41,644 bases of DNA, taken from a virus. Taxonomy: Duplodnaviria > Caudoviricetes. The stretch lies in the IMG/VR virus record IMGVR_UViG_3300050150_000071, positions 1 to 41,644 of that record; one strand, 5' to 3'. Shown here piece after piece: positions 16,355-25,420 of the stretch (within the stretch, counting starts at the first letter, position 1; each line of letters opens with the position of its first letter). The translations under genes and the position numbers were made by a program. The notes beneath the pieces were generated by a model. That model made no database searches, was not told the DNA's origin, and worked only from the letters and a program-made list of their open reading frames with translations.

Positions 16355-16661
16355 GATCAGCACCCCCTGCAGCGCGCTGGAAATGGCAAGGCACCCCATC
16401 ACGCCAATACCTGGCCGTCAGGCCCTGCACCATGAACATGGCGGCCTCCAGGGCCAACTGTGCTACCCCAGGCGCCCGCGCGGGCAAGCAAGGCGCGACC
16501 CATCCGAATGGCGCCACACCCACCGCCAGCACCGTGCCGGCCAAAACCATGAAGGCTATACGCACAGGCATGTGCGTGTTGTGATCCGTGCGCACCAGGC
16601 GGCAAAAGCATGTCCAGAAAATGGCGCCGCACAAAACGAAGTTGAGATAGACGTTAATCAC
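16347..16661 (-). CDS. membrane protein, holin/antiholin candidate
   Basis: About 3 TM segments; lies in the lysis cassette. Confidence 0.6.
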   Translation of the reverse strand: MINVYLNFVLCGAIFWTCFCRLVRTDHNTHMPVRIAFMVLAGTVLAVGVAPFGWVAPCLPARAPGVAQLALEAAMFMVQGLTARYWRDGVPCHFQRAAGGADHG

Positions 16662-17014
16662 TGCTCACCCCCAACAAACTGCAGAAAGCGTTTAACCACC
16701 GCGCTTTTGATATCCCCCCAGCGGTCACCAACCAAGGCCAGGAAAAACGTACCCGTGGGCGTAGCCACATGGGCGGGCACACCCACCTTGGATTCAAGCA
16801 GCCAGGCTGCAGCGCCCGCCAGCACCATGGCCGTGAGCACCACCCGAAACACCAGCTTCACACCATCCCACCGGGTCTCGGTTTGCGCCGCTGCCAGCGG
16901 GTACAGCGAGCCCACCATGGCGGCAATCAAAATACCCGCGTACTGATCCACGAAGGGTGTCAGAAACGCCACAAACACGGCTGCCGGTGCCGCACGGCCT
17001 GAAACATCCATCAC
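16658..17014 (-). CDS. holin candidate
   Basis: About 3 TM segments, dual Met start, first gene of the lysis cassette. Confidence 0.65.
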   Translation of the reverse strand: MMDVSGRAAPAAVFVAFLTPFVDQYAGILIAAMVGSLYPLAAAQTETRWDGVKLVFRVVLTAMVLAGAAAWLLESKVGVPAHVATPTGTFFLALVGDRWGDIKSAVVKRFLQFVGGEQ

Positions 17015-17904
17015 ACCACCCCTTCGACTGTCAACTGAAGTATGTTTTGCTCGGATTCATTGCATTTCATGGTCCAGTTTTGGCCATATCCAATGATCCA
17101 TGTCGAAGGCCTGGAATCAACACCGATCCACATCAGCGGCAAGGCTCTGTTGCTTTCAAGCAGGGCAATTGCCGCCTCTGCAGCGGCATCATTGCCAAAT
17201 TGCGATGATATATTCATGCGAGACGAAAAGCCGCGCTTGGTTATGGAAACATTGCCGTATTCGTCAACCGTCTTTTTTGAATAGTCATTGATTGAAACAT
17301 CCCATCCCTTTCGGGTAGCGCCCATGTCGTGCAACTTTCCAATAATTATTTCCTTGAAGCACCCCATGGTTCCACCCCCCGGCCATCTTGTTATCCTTAA
17401 TGCCGGCTGTGACGCACCAGGAAATGAGACCGCAAGCAGGCTGCTAACATCAGAAAATGTATTCTCACTATCCAAATCCACCTGCATGCTGCTAAGAGCT
17501 GTATAGGCGCCAAACATGTCAACAGCTACATATTCTATGTTAAGAGATACGCCAACGAAAGTTGCTCCCAAGAATATTAACGAATCAAAACCCTTTGACA
17601 AAAGTATCAACTCAGTCCCTGTAAAGTCTGTTGACTTTGTTGACATGGACAAGTCGAACGGGGCGTATCTTTCCGTAATACTGTACTTTGCCCAGTTCGC
17701 TGTATCCAGATTTGGCGTTACTGTGCTGGCGCCCGATGACGTGATTTTTTTGTAGGCATAAGCGCCGCCATAAATAACAATGGTCCCGACCGTGTAAGCC
17801 GTGCTTGTGCTGAATGTCGGATAGGTTGTGTAATCACCCGGTATTTTTGAAGCCGGGTATGTGCTTTTATTGATGGTAATGGCTGACGGAACGATAACCT
17901 TCAT
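17011..17904 (-). CDS. tail tip/distal tail protein with CBM5/12-like motif
   Basis: Directly after the tape measure gene; FSTSTAYTVGTIVIYGGAYAY aromatic motif; DYSKKTVDEYGNVSITKRGFS; markedly AT-rich. Confidence 0.65.
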   Translation of the reverse strand: MKVIVPSAITINKSTYPASKIPGDYTTYPTFSTSTAYTVGTIVIYGGAYAYKKITSSGASTVTPNLDTANWAKYSITERYAPFDLSMSTKSTDFTGTELILLSKGFDSLIFLGATFVGVSLNIEYVAVDMFGAYTALSSMQVDLDSENTFSDVSSLLAVSFPGASQPALRITRWPGGGTMGCFKEIIIGKLHDMGATRKGWDVSINDYSKKTVDEYGNVSITKRGFSSRMNISSQFGNDAAAEAAIALLESNRALPLMWIGVDSRPSTWIIGYGQNWTMKCNESEQNILQLTVEGVV

Positions 17905-20900
17905 GGCAACACCTTCACGTTAATGGATTCGCCAGGGTTGGAAATAGATTCCAGTGTGTCGCTGGCTTTCTTGAATATGGAAACCAGCTCATTCACTGAA
18001 TTGGTTTGAGCGCTGAGCGCGGTCAACATCTGGGCCTTGAGCTGATCCACCGCCGAAGTCGTCTTGTCAGCCGACACCGCCAGTTCGCTCTTGGCGCCCG
18101 AGCCACCCGCATACAGCCCCGTGCTGCCCACCAGCGCCAGCGTGTCCTTCAGGCTCGAAAGCGTGTTCGCCTGTACCGCCTGGAACCCAGCCAGCGAGGT
18201 GGACGAATCCTCCGCAGCGCGCAGCAAGCTCTGGCTCAGCGACGGCAACAGCTTCATCGAGTCCACATCACCGGCCCGGGCCGAAGCCGTGCTGATCGCG
18301 AACTGCGCCGCGATCGTGGCGTAACTCCCGCCCGTCACCGACAACCCCTCGATGCGCTTGATCTCATCCGCGATGCCACCCGTGGCCGCTGAGATCGAAT
18401 CCATCAGATCAGCGAACCCCTGCGACAAGCCCAACACCCCGCCCAGCAGGCGCTGGCCAGCCTCGGTCCCGGTGTCGATGCCTTTGACCAGCTTGCTGAA
18501 GCCGGCGGCGGATGAGGGCATCGTCAGGCCCAGCTTGGCGAACTCAGCCGCCATCAGCCCCGACTTCACCCGCAGCTGCTCGCCATCGGTCAAGAAGCCC
18601 TCACGGAAGGCTGCCAGGCCGTCCGTGAGCGACTGCAGGCTGCCCGCGCCGTCCAGCATCGCAAAGCCCACCGCCTGGCCACTCAGCCCCAGCAGGCGCA
18701 GCGATGAACGCACATCGGTCAGCGCCGTGTAGGTCTGCGCGATCTCGCTGGCCGAGCCGCTCAAGGTCTGGATGATCTGGCTCATGCCATTGCTGGCCTT
18801 CTCGACCACCAACAGAGATTCCTTCACCTGCTCAGAGCCCACATCGGCCTGCTTGTTCGCCAGCTGCGCCAACTCCACCGCCGTGACGCCCAGGTGCCGC
18901 AGCGCCGATTGGGCCTGCTCGGTCCCGCTGGAGACGCGCACCACAGTCTGCAGGTAGCCTTCGCCCACCCGCTGAAAATCATCCAGCCCGCCCAGCGCCG
19001 CGCTGGCCAACCGATCACCCATGGCCGAGAACACCGCCGACAGCCGCTCCTGCTGCTGTTCACCCGTCAGGCCCTGCAAATCGATGCGGCCGATGTCCAC
19101 CACGAAGCTGGCCACCTTCTCGCTCACTGACCTCAGATCAGCGCCCAGCGGCCCAGATGCCGCCTTGATGGCATCGGCGTAAGAGCCGACGATCTTCGTC
19201 ACCTGCGATTCAAACGATGCATCGGCCTCGGTGAGCTGGGTGCTGCGGCTGGTCGATGTGGTGATGCCCAGCGTTTTCTTCTTTTTTTCGATGTCGGCGT
19301 AGTAAGACGCATCGAAACCTTTGGACAGGATGCTGGTCACCGACTGCCCATCGGCAGAAATGCCCTGGCCCTTCACCGAAGTCTTGGTGCCGAACAACCC
19401 ACCCACCAGCGAATCGATGGCACCACCCAGCCCCAAGAGCTCGGAAATGCCAGCCGTCAGGCCAAACGCCACGCCCCGGGCCACGCCGCCCACCGCACCG
19501 CCCACGTCATTGCGCCGGAAGCCCACATTGATGCCCGAGGTGGCCGCATTCAGCGCGCCCGATTGCACCAGGCCCGCCGCCATCGCCTGGATGCCGCCCT
19601 CGATGTTCGTCAGGCTCAGCGCCATCTGTGCGGCATAGCGCGCCGTCTGCGTGTCCACCTGGCGCAGCGATTCCAGCGACTTGCTCACCGATTCGCTGGC
19701 CTTGCCGTTGTCGCCCAGCACCGTGCCCGTGCCGCTGTTCGTCTTCGCAAAGGATCCACCACTGCCACCACCACCGAACAACGACACCCCCAGCCCCGCC
19801 AGGGCCGCAGATGTGGCCGCCAGCGCCGCCAAATTGAACGGGAAGGGCAGCCCAGCCATGGACGACACAGCGGCCTCCACAGCCGATGCCGCCGTGCGCA
19901 CGCCCGATTGCGCCAGCGACAGGATGGTGAAGCCCGATTCGCTGGCCGCCTTGGTGCCGTCGCCCGCCACCTTGGCGCCCACCTCAGCCTGGATCAGGCC
20001 CGACTTGATCAGCGCCGCCTGCGTGGCCGCGCCCAGCTCAAAGGCCCGGAAGCCACGCTCAGCCGTCTCCATCAGCTTGAAGCCGGCGGTGTGCTCACCG
20101 AAAAAGCCCTTGGCAGACCCGGTCAGCGCCGCATAGCTGTTGAGTTGCTGAGCGAACCAGCGGGCATCCACCGCGGCGAGCTTCTCCGAGTTTGTGCCCG
20201 CAGCCTTGCGCGCCTCGTTGTACTTCTCCTGCTCATCCACCAGCTTGCTGAAGCCCTGAACGAAAGCGCCCAGGCTCTGGCTGGCCTTGTCGAAGCCGGC
20301 TGACAGGTCGGTGCCAATGTCGCGGCTCAGGTAGCTGTCGACCACGCTGGTGCCGGCCTTCTCGCGCACACCTTGCTTGGCCGTGGCCAGCTTCTTCTCG
20401 ATGTCGTCCAACTGGGCCTGCAGCTGGTCGGCCATGCCGGCCTGGCCATCGGCCCGCATCATCGCGATCTGGTTGACCAGCGTGGTGCGCAGGCGGGCGG
20501 CATTGCGCTCCAGCTGCACCACCGCGACCTCGGCTTCAGCCTGGGCCCGGGCCAGCGGGCTGGTGATCTGCTGCGCCATCGCGGTGGCCGTCTGATCGGC
20601 CAGCTGGGTGGCGAACTGATCCGCCTGGGCCCAGCTCTGGGCCCAATCCTTCGCATGCTGCTGAGATTCGGCCAGGGCCCGCGCTTCTTCCTTGGCGCGC
20701 TGCACCAAGGGCAGGCCCTTCAGATCAGCCTGAGCCGAGGCGCGCTGGCCGCCCAGATCCACCAGGCGGGCCTGCTGCGTCAGCTTGCCCGCCTCATCCT
20801 GCGGGGTACGCTTCTTCTCGGCTGAGATCTCCGCATCGATCATGGCGATGCGCTCGCCAATGCGCTTTGCTTCGATCTTGGAGCGCGCTTCTTCGTAGTC

Positions 20901-22313
20901 GCGCACGCTGACCAAGCCCATGGCGCGGTTGATCTCCAGGCGGCGCTCCTGGTCTTGCGCGATCGACAGGCGCAGCGTGCTGGCAGAGCGGGCATTGGCC
21001 AGGCCCAGGGCCACATCGGCCGCCTCACGGGCCATTGCATCGCGGTCGACGTTGGCGCGGCGGATCTGCGCCAGGTCGCGCTCTTGCTGGTCTGGGCTGA
21101 TGGGCGTGCCAGCAGCGGCCTGCTCATCCACCACCTGCTGGTAGTCACGCAGAGCGCGCGTCAGCTTGGTTTGGGCATCGTACTGATCTCGGATATTGGC
21201 CAGGTACTTCTGACCCATGATCACGCGTTCGTCAAACACCTGACGGGCAGCACGGGTCGTTGCACTGGCGTCATCGCGCAGCTTTTGCTCTCGCAAGTGC
21301 TGCAAATTGGCCTGAGCCTCATCCACACCGTAAAGGTCCACACCCTTGAAAAGGGAATGGTCGGCCATGCCCTTTTTCGATGCCAGCACGGCTTTGGCCT
21401 GTGCAATTTGCTTGTCGATGCTCTGCTCACGATCAAAGCCGAGCATTGCATCCCACGCCGACTTGGCGCCATCCTTGACAGCATTCCAACCTCTCTCAAG
21501 GGCGCCCAAATTGGCCAGCAAAGCCGCCCCACGCTCCGCCATCATCTGCGAATATGCATCCTGCGCAATCCGGGTCGCCTCGGTGGTCTTCCCCTCCAGC
21601 TCAAGCGCCACCACATGGGCATATGTCGATGCCGTCAGAAAGTGATATTTCTCATTGAGCTTGACCAGCCCCTCCGCCGGACCCTTGGCAAGAGAGGCCA
21701 TCTCCTGCACCAACTCGCCCGTGGCCTGGCCAGTCGCCTTCGAGAACGACACGATCCCCTTTGCGCCAGATTCCATCACCGACTTCGCGACTTGCCCCGT
21801 CGCCACCATCTCGGTCAGAACCTCCGCCGCTTTGCCCTGGGTGCCGATGGTCTTGGAGACACCACTGGCCATCTCCGCCAATTGGCTTGACGTCACACCT
21901 GCGATGCCGCCCGTCTTGATCAGCTCGGCCCGGTACTTTTCCGACTCCATGCGGCCCAGCACCATGGCCGTGCCCACCGCCGTCAGGCCAACGCCCACCG
22001 CAACAGCCGGGTTGGCCAGGCCGGCCAGGTACTTGGTGAGCCCACCAATGGCCGGGCCCACCCCACCAAACTGGTCTTTGATCTGCCCGCCCTGCTGCAG
22101 CAAGATCGTCAGCGGGCTGGCGCCGCCCTGCAGCTGCGTCACCACGTCCGTCATCTGCGCTGGCAGGCTGCGCATGGCTGCAGCCGTCTGCGCCGCGCTC
22201 ACCTGGCCGGCCTGGCCGATCCGGGCCACCGCATCCGCCGCCACCCGGGCGTTGGCGGGCACATTACCCGGGTCCAGAGAAACGCGGTAGCGGATGTCGG
22301 TGGTGCTCATCAA
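17901..22313 (-). CDS. tail tape measure protein (lambda family)
   Basis: LPAQMTDVVTQLQGGASPLTILLQQGGQIKDQFGG N-terminal signature; 1470 aa, Ala-rich and helical. Confidence 0.95.
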   Translation of the reverse strand: MMSTTDIRYRVSLDPGNVPANARVAADAVARIGQAGQVSAAQTAAAMRSLPAQMTDVVTQLQGGASPLTILLQQGGQIKDQFGGVGPAIGGLTKYLAGLANPAVAVGVGLTAVGTAMVLGRMESEKYRAELIKTGGIAGVTSSQLAEMASGVSKTIGTQGKAAEVLTEMVATGQVAKSVMESGAKGIVSFSKATGQATGELVQEMASLAKGPAEGLVKLNEKYHFLTASTYAHVVALELEGKTTEATRIAQDAYSQMMAERGAALLANLGALERGWNAVKDGAKSAWDAMLGFDREQSIDKQIAQAKAVLASKKGMADHSLFKGVDLYGVDEAQANLQHLREQKLRDDASATTRAARQVFDERVIMGQKYLANIRDQYDAQTKLTRALRDYQQVVDEQAAAGTPISPDQQERDLAQIRRANVDRDAMAREAADVALGLANARSASTLRLSIAQDQERRLEINRAMGLVSVRDYEEARSKIEAKRIGERIAMIDAEISAEKKRTPQDEAGKLTQQARLVDLGGQRASAQADLKGLPLVQRAKEEARALAESQQHAKDWAQSWAQADQFATQLADQTATAMAQQITSPLARAQAEAEVAVVQLERNAARLRTTLVNQIAMMRADGQAGMADQLQAQLDDIEKKLATAKQGVREKAGTSVVDSYLSRDIGTDLSAGFDKASQSLGAFVQGFSKLVDEQEKYNEARKAAGTNSEKLAAVDARWFAQQLNSYAALTGSAKGFFGEHTAGFKLMETAERGFRAFELGAATQAALIKSGLIQAEVGAKVAGDGTKAASESGFTILSLAQSGVRTAASAVEAAVSSMAGLPFPFNLAALAATSAALAGLGVSLFGGGGSGGSFAKTNSGTGTVLGDNGKASESVSKSLESLRQVDTQTARYAAQMALSLTNIEGGIQAMAAGLVQSGALNAATSGINVGFRRNDVGGAVGGVARGVAFGLTAGISELLGLGGAIDSLVGGLFGTKTSVKGQGISADGQSVTSILSKGFDASYYADIEKKKKTLGITTSTSRSTQLTEADASFESQVTKIVGSYADAIKAASGPLGADLRSVSEKVASFVVDIGRIDLQGLTGEQQQERLSAVFSAMGDRLASAALGGLDDFQRVGEGYLQTVVRVSSGTEQAQSALRHLGVTAVELAQLANKQADVGSEQVKESLLVVEKASNGMSQIIQTLSGSASEIAQTYTALTDVRSSLRLLGLSGQAVGFAMLDGAGSLQSLTDGLAAFREGFLTDGEQLRVKSGLMAAEFAKLGLTMPSSAAGFSKLVKGIDTGTEAGQRLLGGVLGLSQGFADLMDSISAATGGIADEIKRIEGLSVTGGSYATIAAQFAISTASARAGDVDSMKLLPSLSQSLLRAAEDSSTSLAGFQAVQANTLSSLKDTLALVGSTGLYAGGSGAKSELAVSADKTTSAVDQLKAQMLTALSAQTNSVNELVSIFKKASDTLESISNPGESINVKVLP

Positions 22314-22649
22314 TCAGTCCTTCTTGGCGGCTTCGGCAAACATCACCAGCGCCTCGTCTTCCAGGATGCCCAGCACACCGAAGGCGCGCTTGAGCCGCTT
22401 GCGGCCTATGCCCAGCTGATCGGCCACGATCTGGATCACTGCGTAATCCAGGCCCACAAAGCCGGCCATGCTGGTGCGCCACTGGGTGCGCATCGCGGTG
22501 AACAACATCACCGCGTCTTCGTCATCCGGCCAGTACTGCACTTCAGCCGGGGTTGAGGGCGCTTCGCCCTCGGGCAGCGCCAGCCCGAAGGCCTTGGCTG
22601 CAGCGTGCGTTTCGTCGCGTGGCGGGCGGCCCATCACCGCCCGGGCCAC
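22314..22649 (-). CDS. tail assembly chaperone T part (DUF1799-like), frameshift product
   Basis: LFTAMRTQWRTSMAGFVGLDY motif; reached by a -1 shift from the upstream gene. Confidence 0.8.
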   Translation of the reverse strand: MARAVMGRPPRDETHAAAKAFGLALPEGEAPSTPAEVQYWPDDEDAVMLFTAMRTQWRTSMAGFVGLDYAVIQIVADQLGIGRKRLKRAFGVLGILEDEALVMFAEAAKKD

Positions 22650-22654
22650 GCGCC

Positions 22655-22993
22655 TCAGTTTTTTACGCGCGACTCCGTCAGGTTCTTTAGGTAAGCGCGG
22701 TAGATCTCCTGGCCGGCCGTGGGGCGCGCCTCCAGGAAGGTGGCGAAGTTCTCGGGCGTGAACTCGGCATCCACACCGGGCCAGCCCGCCACGATGTCGG
22801 CCAGGTATTCCGGGTCCTTGATCGCGTTGCCGGCGGCTTCACGCTCCACCGGCAGCTTCACGAAGGCATCCAGATCCTTGCGGCCCTTGTGCTTGAACAC
22901 AAAGGCCACGTTCACCGGCTCGGCCTGGCCGGGCTCGCTCAAGGCCACATCGGCCTCGAACGTGGGGTTGGGGTTGAGGCTGAGCTTGCTCAT
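22655..22993 (-). CDS. tail assembly chaperone G
   Basis: LNPNPTFEADV...FVFKHKGRK...IVAGW...RVKN; lies between tail tube and tape measure. Confidence 0.85.
   Translation of the reverse strand: MSKLSLNPNPTFEADVALSEPGQAEPVNVAFVFKHKGRKDLDAFVKLPVEREAAGNAIKDPEYLADIVAGWPGVDAEFTPENFATFLEARPTAGQEIYRAYLKNLTESRVKN
22658..22664 (-). other. -1 programmed frameshift slippery site
   Basis: A AAA AAC immediately before the G-gene stop; the -1 frame reads KLRRVARAVMG into the T ORF. Confidence 0.8.
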
Positions 22994-23958
22994 CACAGGC
23001 ACACGATCCGGAAGTCATCGTTGGCGGCCGAGGGCCGCAGCGTCATGCCGATGTTGCTCAGCATCACCTTGCCGTTGATCTGGTCATCCACAGCCGTGAG
23101 CACACCCACCGGCGCGTACACCAGCACCTTGCTGCCAGCTGTGGTGCCATGCACGAAGCCGAAGGCCCGCGTGGTGCCAGCGGCCATGTCGGCCACCAGG
23201 GCCACATGGGCCGTGGAGCCCAGGTCGGCCACGATCTTGGCGCTCGGGTTGCGGCCGTAGATGCCGATGGATTCCTGGCCCACCAAGGCCAGATCCTGCA
23301 CATCGCAAGCGAAGTCCAGGCCAACCTCTTCGAAGCTGTACAAGGTGCCGCCCGACAGGGCGCCGGTCGCATAGGTCACAGCGCCCACGCTCACCTTGGT
23401 GGTTGCGGCCGTGCCAATGGCCTGGCCACGCTTCCAGGCCGACAACGTGGGCACAGGCGGCGCCTGCACGTTCACGCTGGTCACCAGCGCCTGGAAGGTG
23501 AAATCCAGGCTGGGCACAGCGCCCACCTTGGCGTTCAGCTTGGCGGTGCCCGCGGCAAAGTTGTACTGCTCCAGGCGGCCGTTGATGTAGGCCCAGATCG
23601 TCAGCGTCTTCATGTTCAGGCTGACCGGGGTGTATTCCACCCGGCTGCCCGCCGTGATCGTCTCGGCCATGCCGCAGGCCTGCAGCAGGTCGCCCCACTC
23701 GGGCGCGGTGCCAGCCGTGCCAGAAGCTGACATTTCCACGCTGAACGAGATCTGGCCACGGCGGCTGTACGGCAGCTTGTCAGGCGCAGCGAACGTGCCC
23801 GTCATCACATCGCGCTCGGCGAAGTTCTGAACGGTCTTCACGCTCAGGTTGCTGACGCGAATGGCCACCGCATCGGCGGTATTCGTGGGGGTGGCATCGG
23901 TGCCGGAGGTGGTCTCCAACTTGGCAAGGATGACGGTGTTGTCAATGGAACCGGGCAT
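22993..23958 (-). CDS. major tail tube protein
   Basis: ILAKLETTSGTDATP...GTAGTAPEWGDLLQACG...YTPVS pattern and synteny. Confidence 0.8.
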   Translation of the reverse strand: MPGSIDNTVILAKLETTSGTDATPTNTADAVAIRVSNLSVKTVQNFAERDVMTGTFAAPDKLPYSRRGQISFSVEMSASGTAGTAPEWGDLLQACGMAETITAGSRVEYTPVSLNMKTLTIWAYINGRLEQYNFAAGTAKLNAKVGAVPSLDFTFQALVTSVNVQAPPVPTLSAWKRGQAIGTAATTKVSVGAVTYATGALSGGTLYSFEEVGLDFACDVQDLALVGQESIGIYGRNPSAKIVADLGSTAHVALVADMAAGTTRAFGFVHGTTAGSKVLVYAPVGVLTAVDDQINGKVMLSNIGMTLRPSAANDDFRIVCL

Positions 23959-23961
23959 GGA

Positions 23962-24216
23962 TCACTCCTGAGGGGTTTCGGTACCCGACGCATCGGCATC
24001 GGGCGCGGCATCGGGCACAGCAGGGATGGCGCCATCCACCACCAGCGCAACGTCCGGCAGCTCGGGCTCATCACCCCAGCGCAGGCCGGCCGCGCGGGCC
24101 GTCTGGGCATCGGCAGGGGTCAGGCCGCCATCGGCATCGCGGATCCACGAACCACCAGCGGTGGGCGTGATGTCCGAGCCATCGTCGGCGGGCGGAATGC
24201 GGGTGGGCTTGCTCAT
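23962..24216 (-). CDS. hypothetical virion-module protein
   Basis: GGAG RBS, coupled to the upstream gene; GGSWIRDADGGL. Confidence 0.6.
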   Translation of the reverse strand: MSKPTRIPPADDGSDITPTAGGSWIRDADGGLTPADAQTARAAGLRWGDEPELPDVALVVDGAIPAVPDAAPDADASGTETPQE

Positions 24217-24680
24217 GAAAGCGTCTCCAGGGTCAGAGATGCAGCGCGGTGCTGCACGTTGTAGATGGCGATCACCACACCGATGCGCTCATCTGCATCG
24301 TCCTGGGCCCACTGCAGAGAGGGCGCCAAGGTGATCGAAAAACCCGCTGCATCCAGGGCAGCGGCATTGGCCGCGATGCGGCTGTGCGCCTCTTGCAGCA
24401 CCTGTCCGGCAACGGTGTCGGTGTCGGTGTCGGTACCGGCGCCGCCGTTGCCACGGGCACGGCCCAGGCACTCCAACACCAGTTGCGTGTCGTAATCCAC
24501 CGGCGCGCCATAGCCCGCCAGCGGCTGGGGAACAGACCGCCCCAGGCGCACGTTCACGGCCTGAGGCGTATCCGCGCTCACAGCCCGCGTCCGAAAGCGC
24601 CCCACCTGGCCACCAGCCACAGCCGGCGCGCCCGTCAGGTGCGCTTCGATCAGGTCCACCAGATGGGCATGGGCCAACAT
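24213..24680 (-). CDS. tail terminator-like protein
   Basis: Size (155 aa) and position before the tail tube gene. Confidence 0.6.
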   Translation of the reverse strand: MLAHAHLVDLIEAHLTGAPAVAGGQVGRFRTRAVSADTPQAVNVRLGRSVPQPLAGYGAPVDYDTQLVLECLGRARGNGGAGTDTDTDTVAGQVLQEAHSRIAANAAALDAAGFSITLAPSLQWAQDDADERIGVVIAIYNVQHRAASLTLETLS

Positions 24681-25008
24681 CAGCCTTGCTCCACCTCGAA
24701 GCTGACCATCATCGTGCGGCGGTCCAGCTGGGGCTCTGTGGCCACCGTCCAGGCTTCGGCGCCAATCGTGATCGGCGCGCCCTCGACTGTGGCAGCGGGC
24801 AGGTCAGCGGCCAACGCCACCACCACAGCCCGGCCGGACTGGGCCAACACACCGCCCACCATCAGGTTCGTGGGCGGTCAGTGAACTGCACGGCGAAGCT
24901 CACCCCACCCACCACGGCCTGCGCATTGGCCATGCGGCGCATGAGCGCCTCGCCCATGCGGGCGCCAGCCTGCGCAAAGCCATCGGTGGGGAGGGTGATC
25001 ACGCCCAT
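24680..25008 (-). pseudogene. head-tail joining (gpFII-like) gene split by an apparent 1-nt frameshift
   Basis: ORF 25008..24862 (48 aa) plus ORF 24862..24680 (60 aa); one extra C at CGCCC^ACG would fuse them into 109 aa. Confidence 0.55.
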
Positions 25009-25016
25009 GGTGCAGA

Positions 25017-25349
25017 TCAGCGGATCACGCCGTCCACGTAGATGCGGCCGGTGGTTTCGCCGTTGGCCTTGGCCACCGTGAACGCACCGATCAGCGTGTT
25101 GGCGCCAGCCGTGGCCGTCACACGCTTGTTGGTGTTGTCCCAGTAGGCCTTGGCGCCCTGGGTGGCGGTGTCGGTGCTCAAGGCGGTCAGATCGAAGACG
25201 CCCTCGGTCTTGGCCTCCACGCTGGCGCCATTGGCCGCGTCAGACGCGGCCACACCGAACAACGAGCCCACCAGCAAGCCGCCACCAGAGGCGACGGCAT
25301 AGGGCGCGATCAGGGTGACGGTTTCACCCTCGTTGACAAAATTCTTCAT
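25017..25349 (-). CDS. DUF2190 capsid cement/decoration protein
   Basis: MKNFVNEGETV...GSLFGVA...EGVFDL...YWD pattern; follows the capsid gene. Confidence 0.85.
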   Translation of the reverse strand: MKNFVNEGETVTLIAPYAVASGGGLLVGSLFGVAASDAANGASVEAKTEGVFDLTALSTDTATQGAKAYWDNTNKRVTATAGANTLIGAFTVAKANGETTGRIYVDGVIR

Positions 25350-25420
25350 ACAACCTCTGTAGGTGGTTGGTGGTTGCTGTTCAGCCTGGCCGCATCACCG
25401 ATGAAGCCAGGCCATCACGA

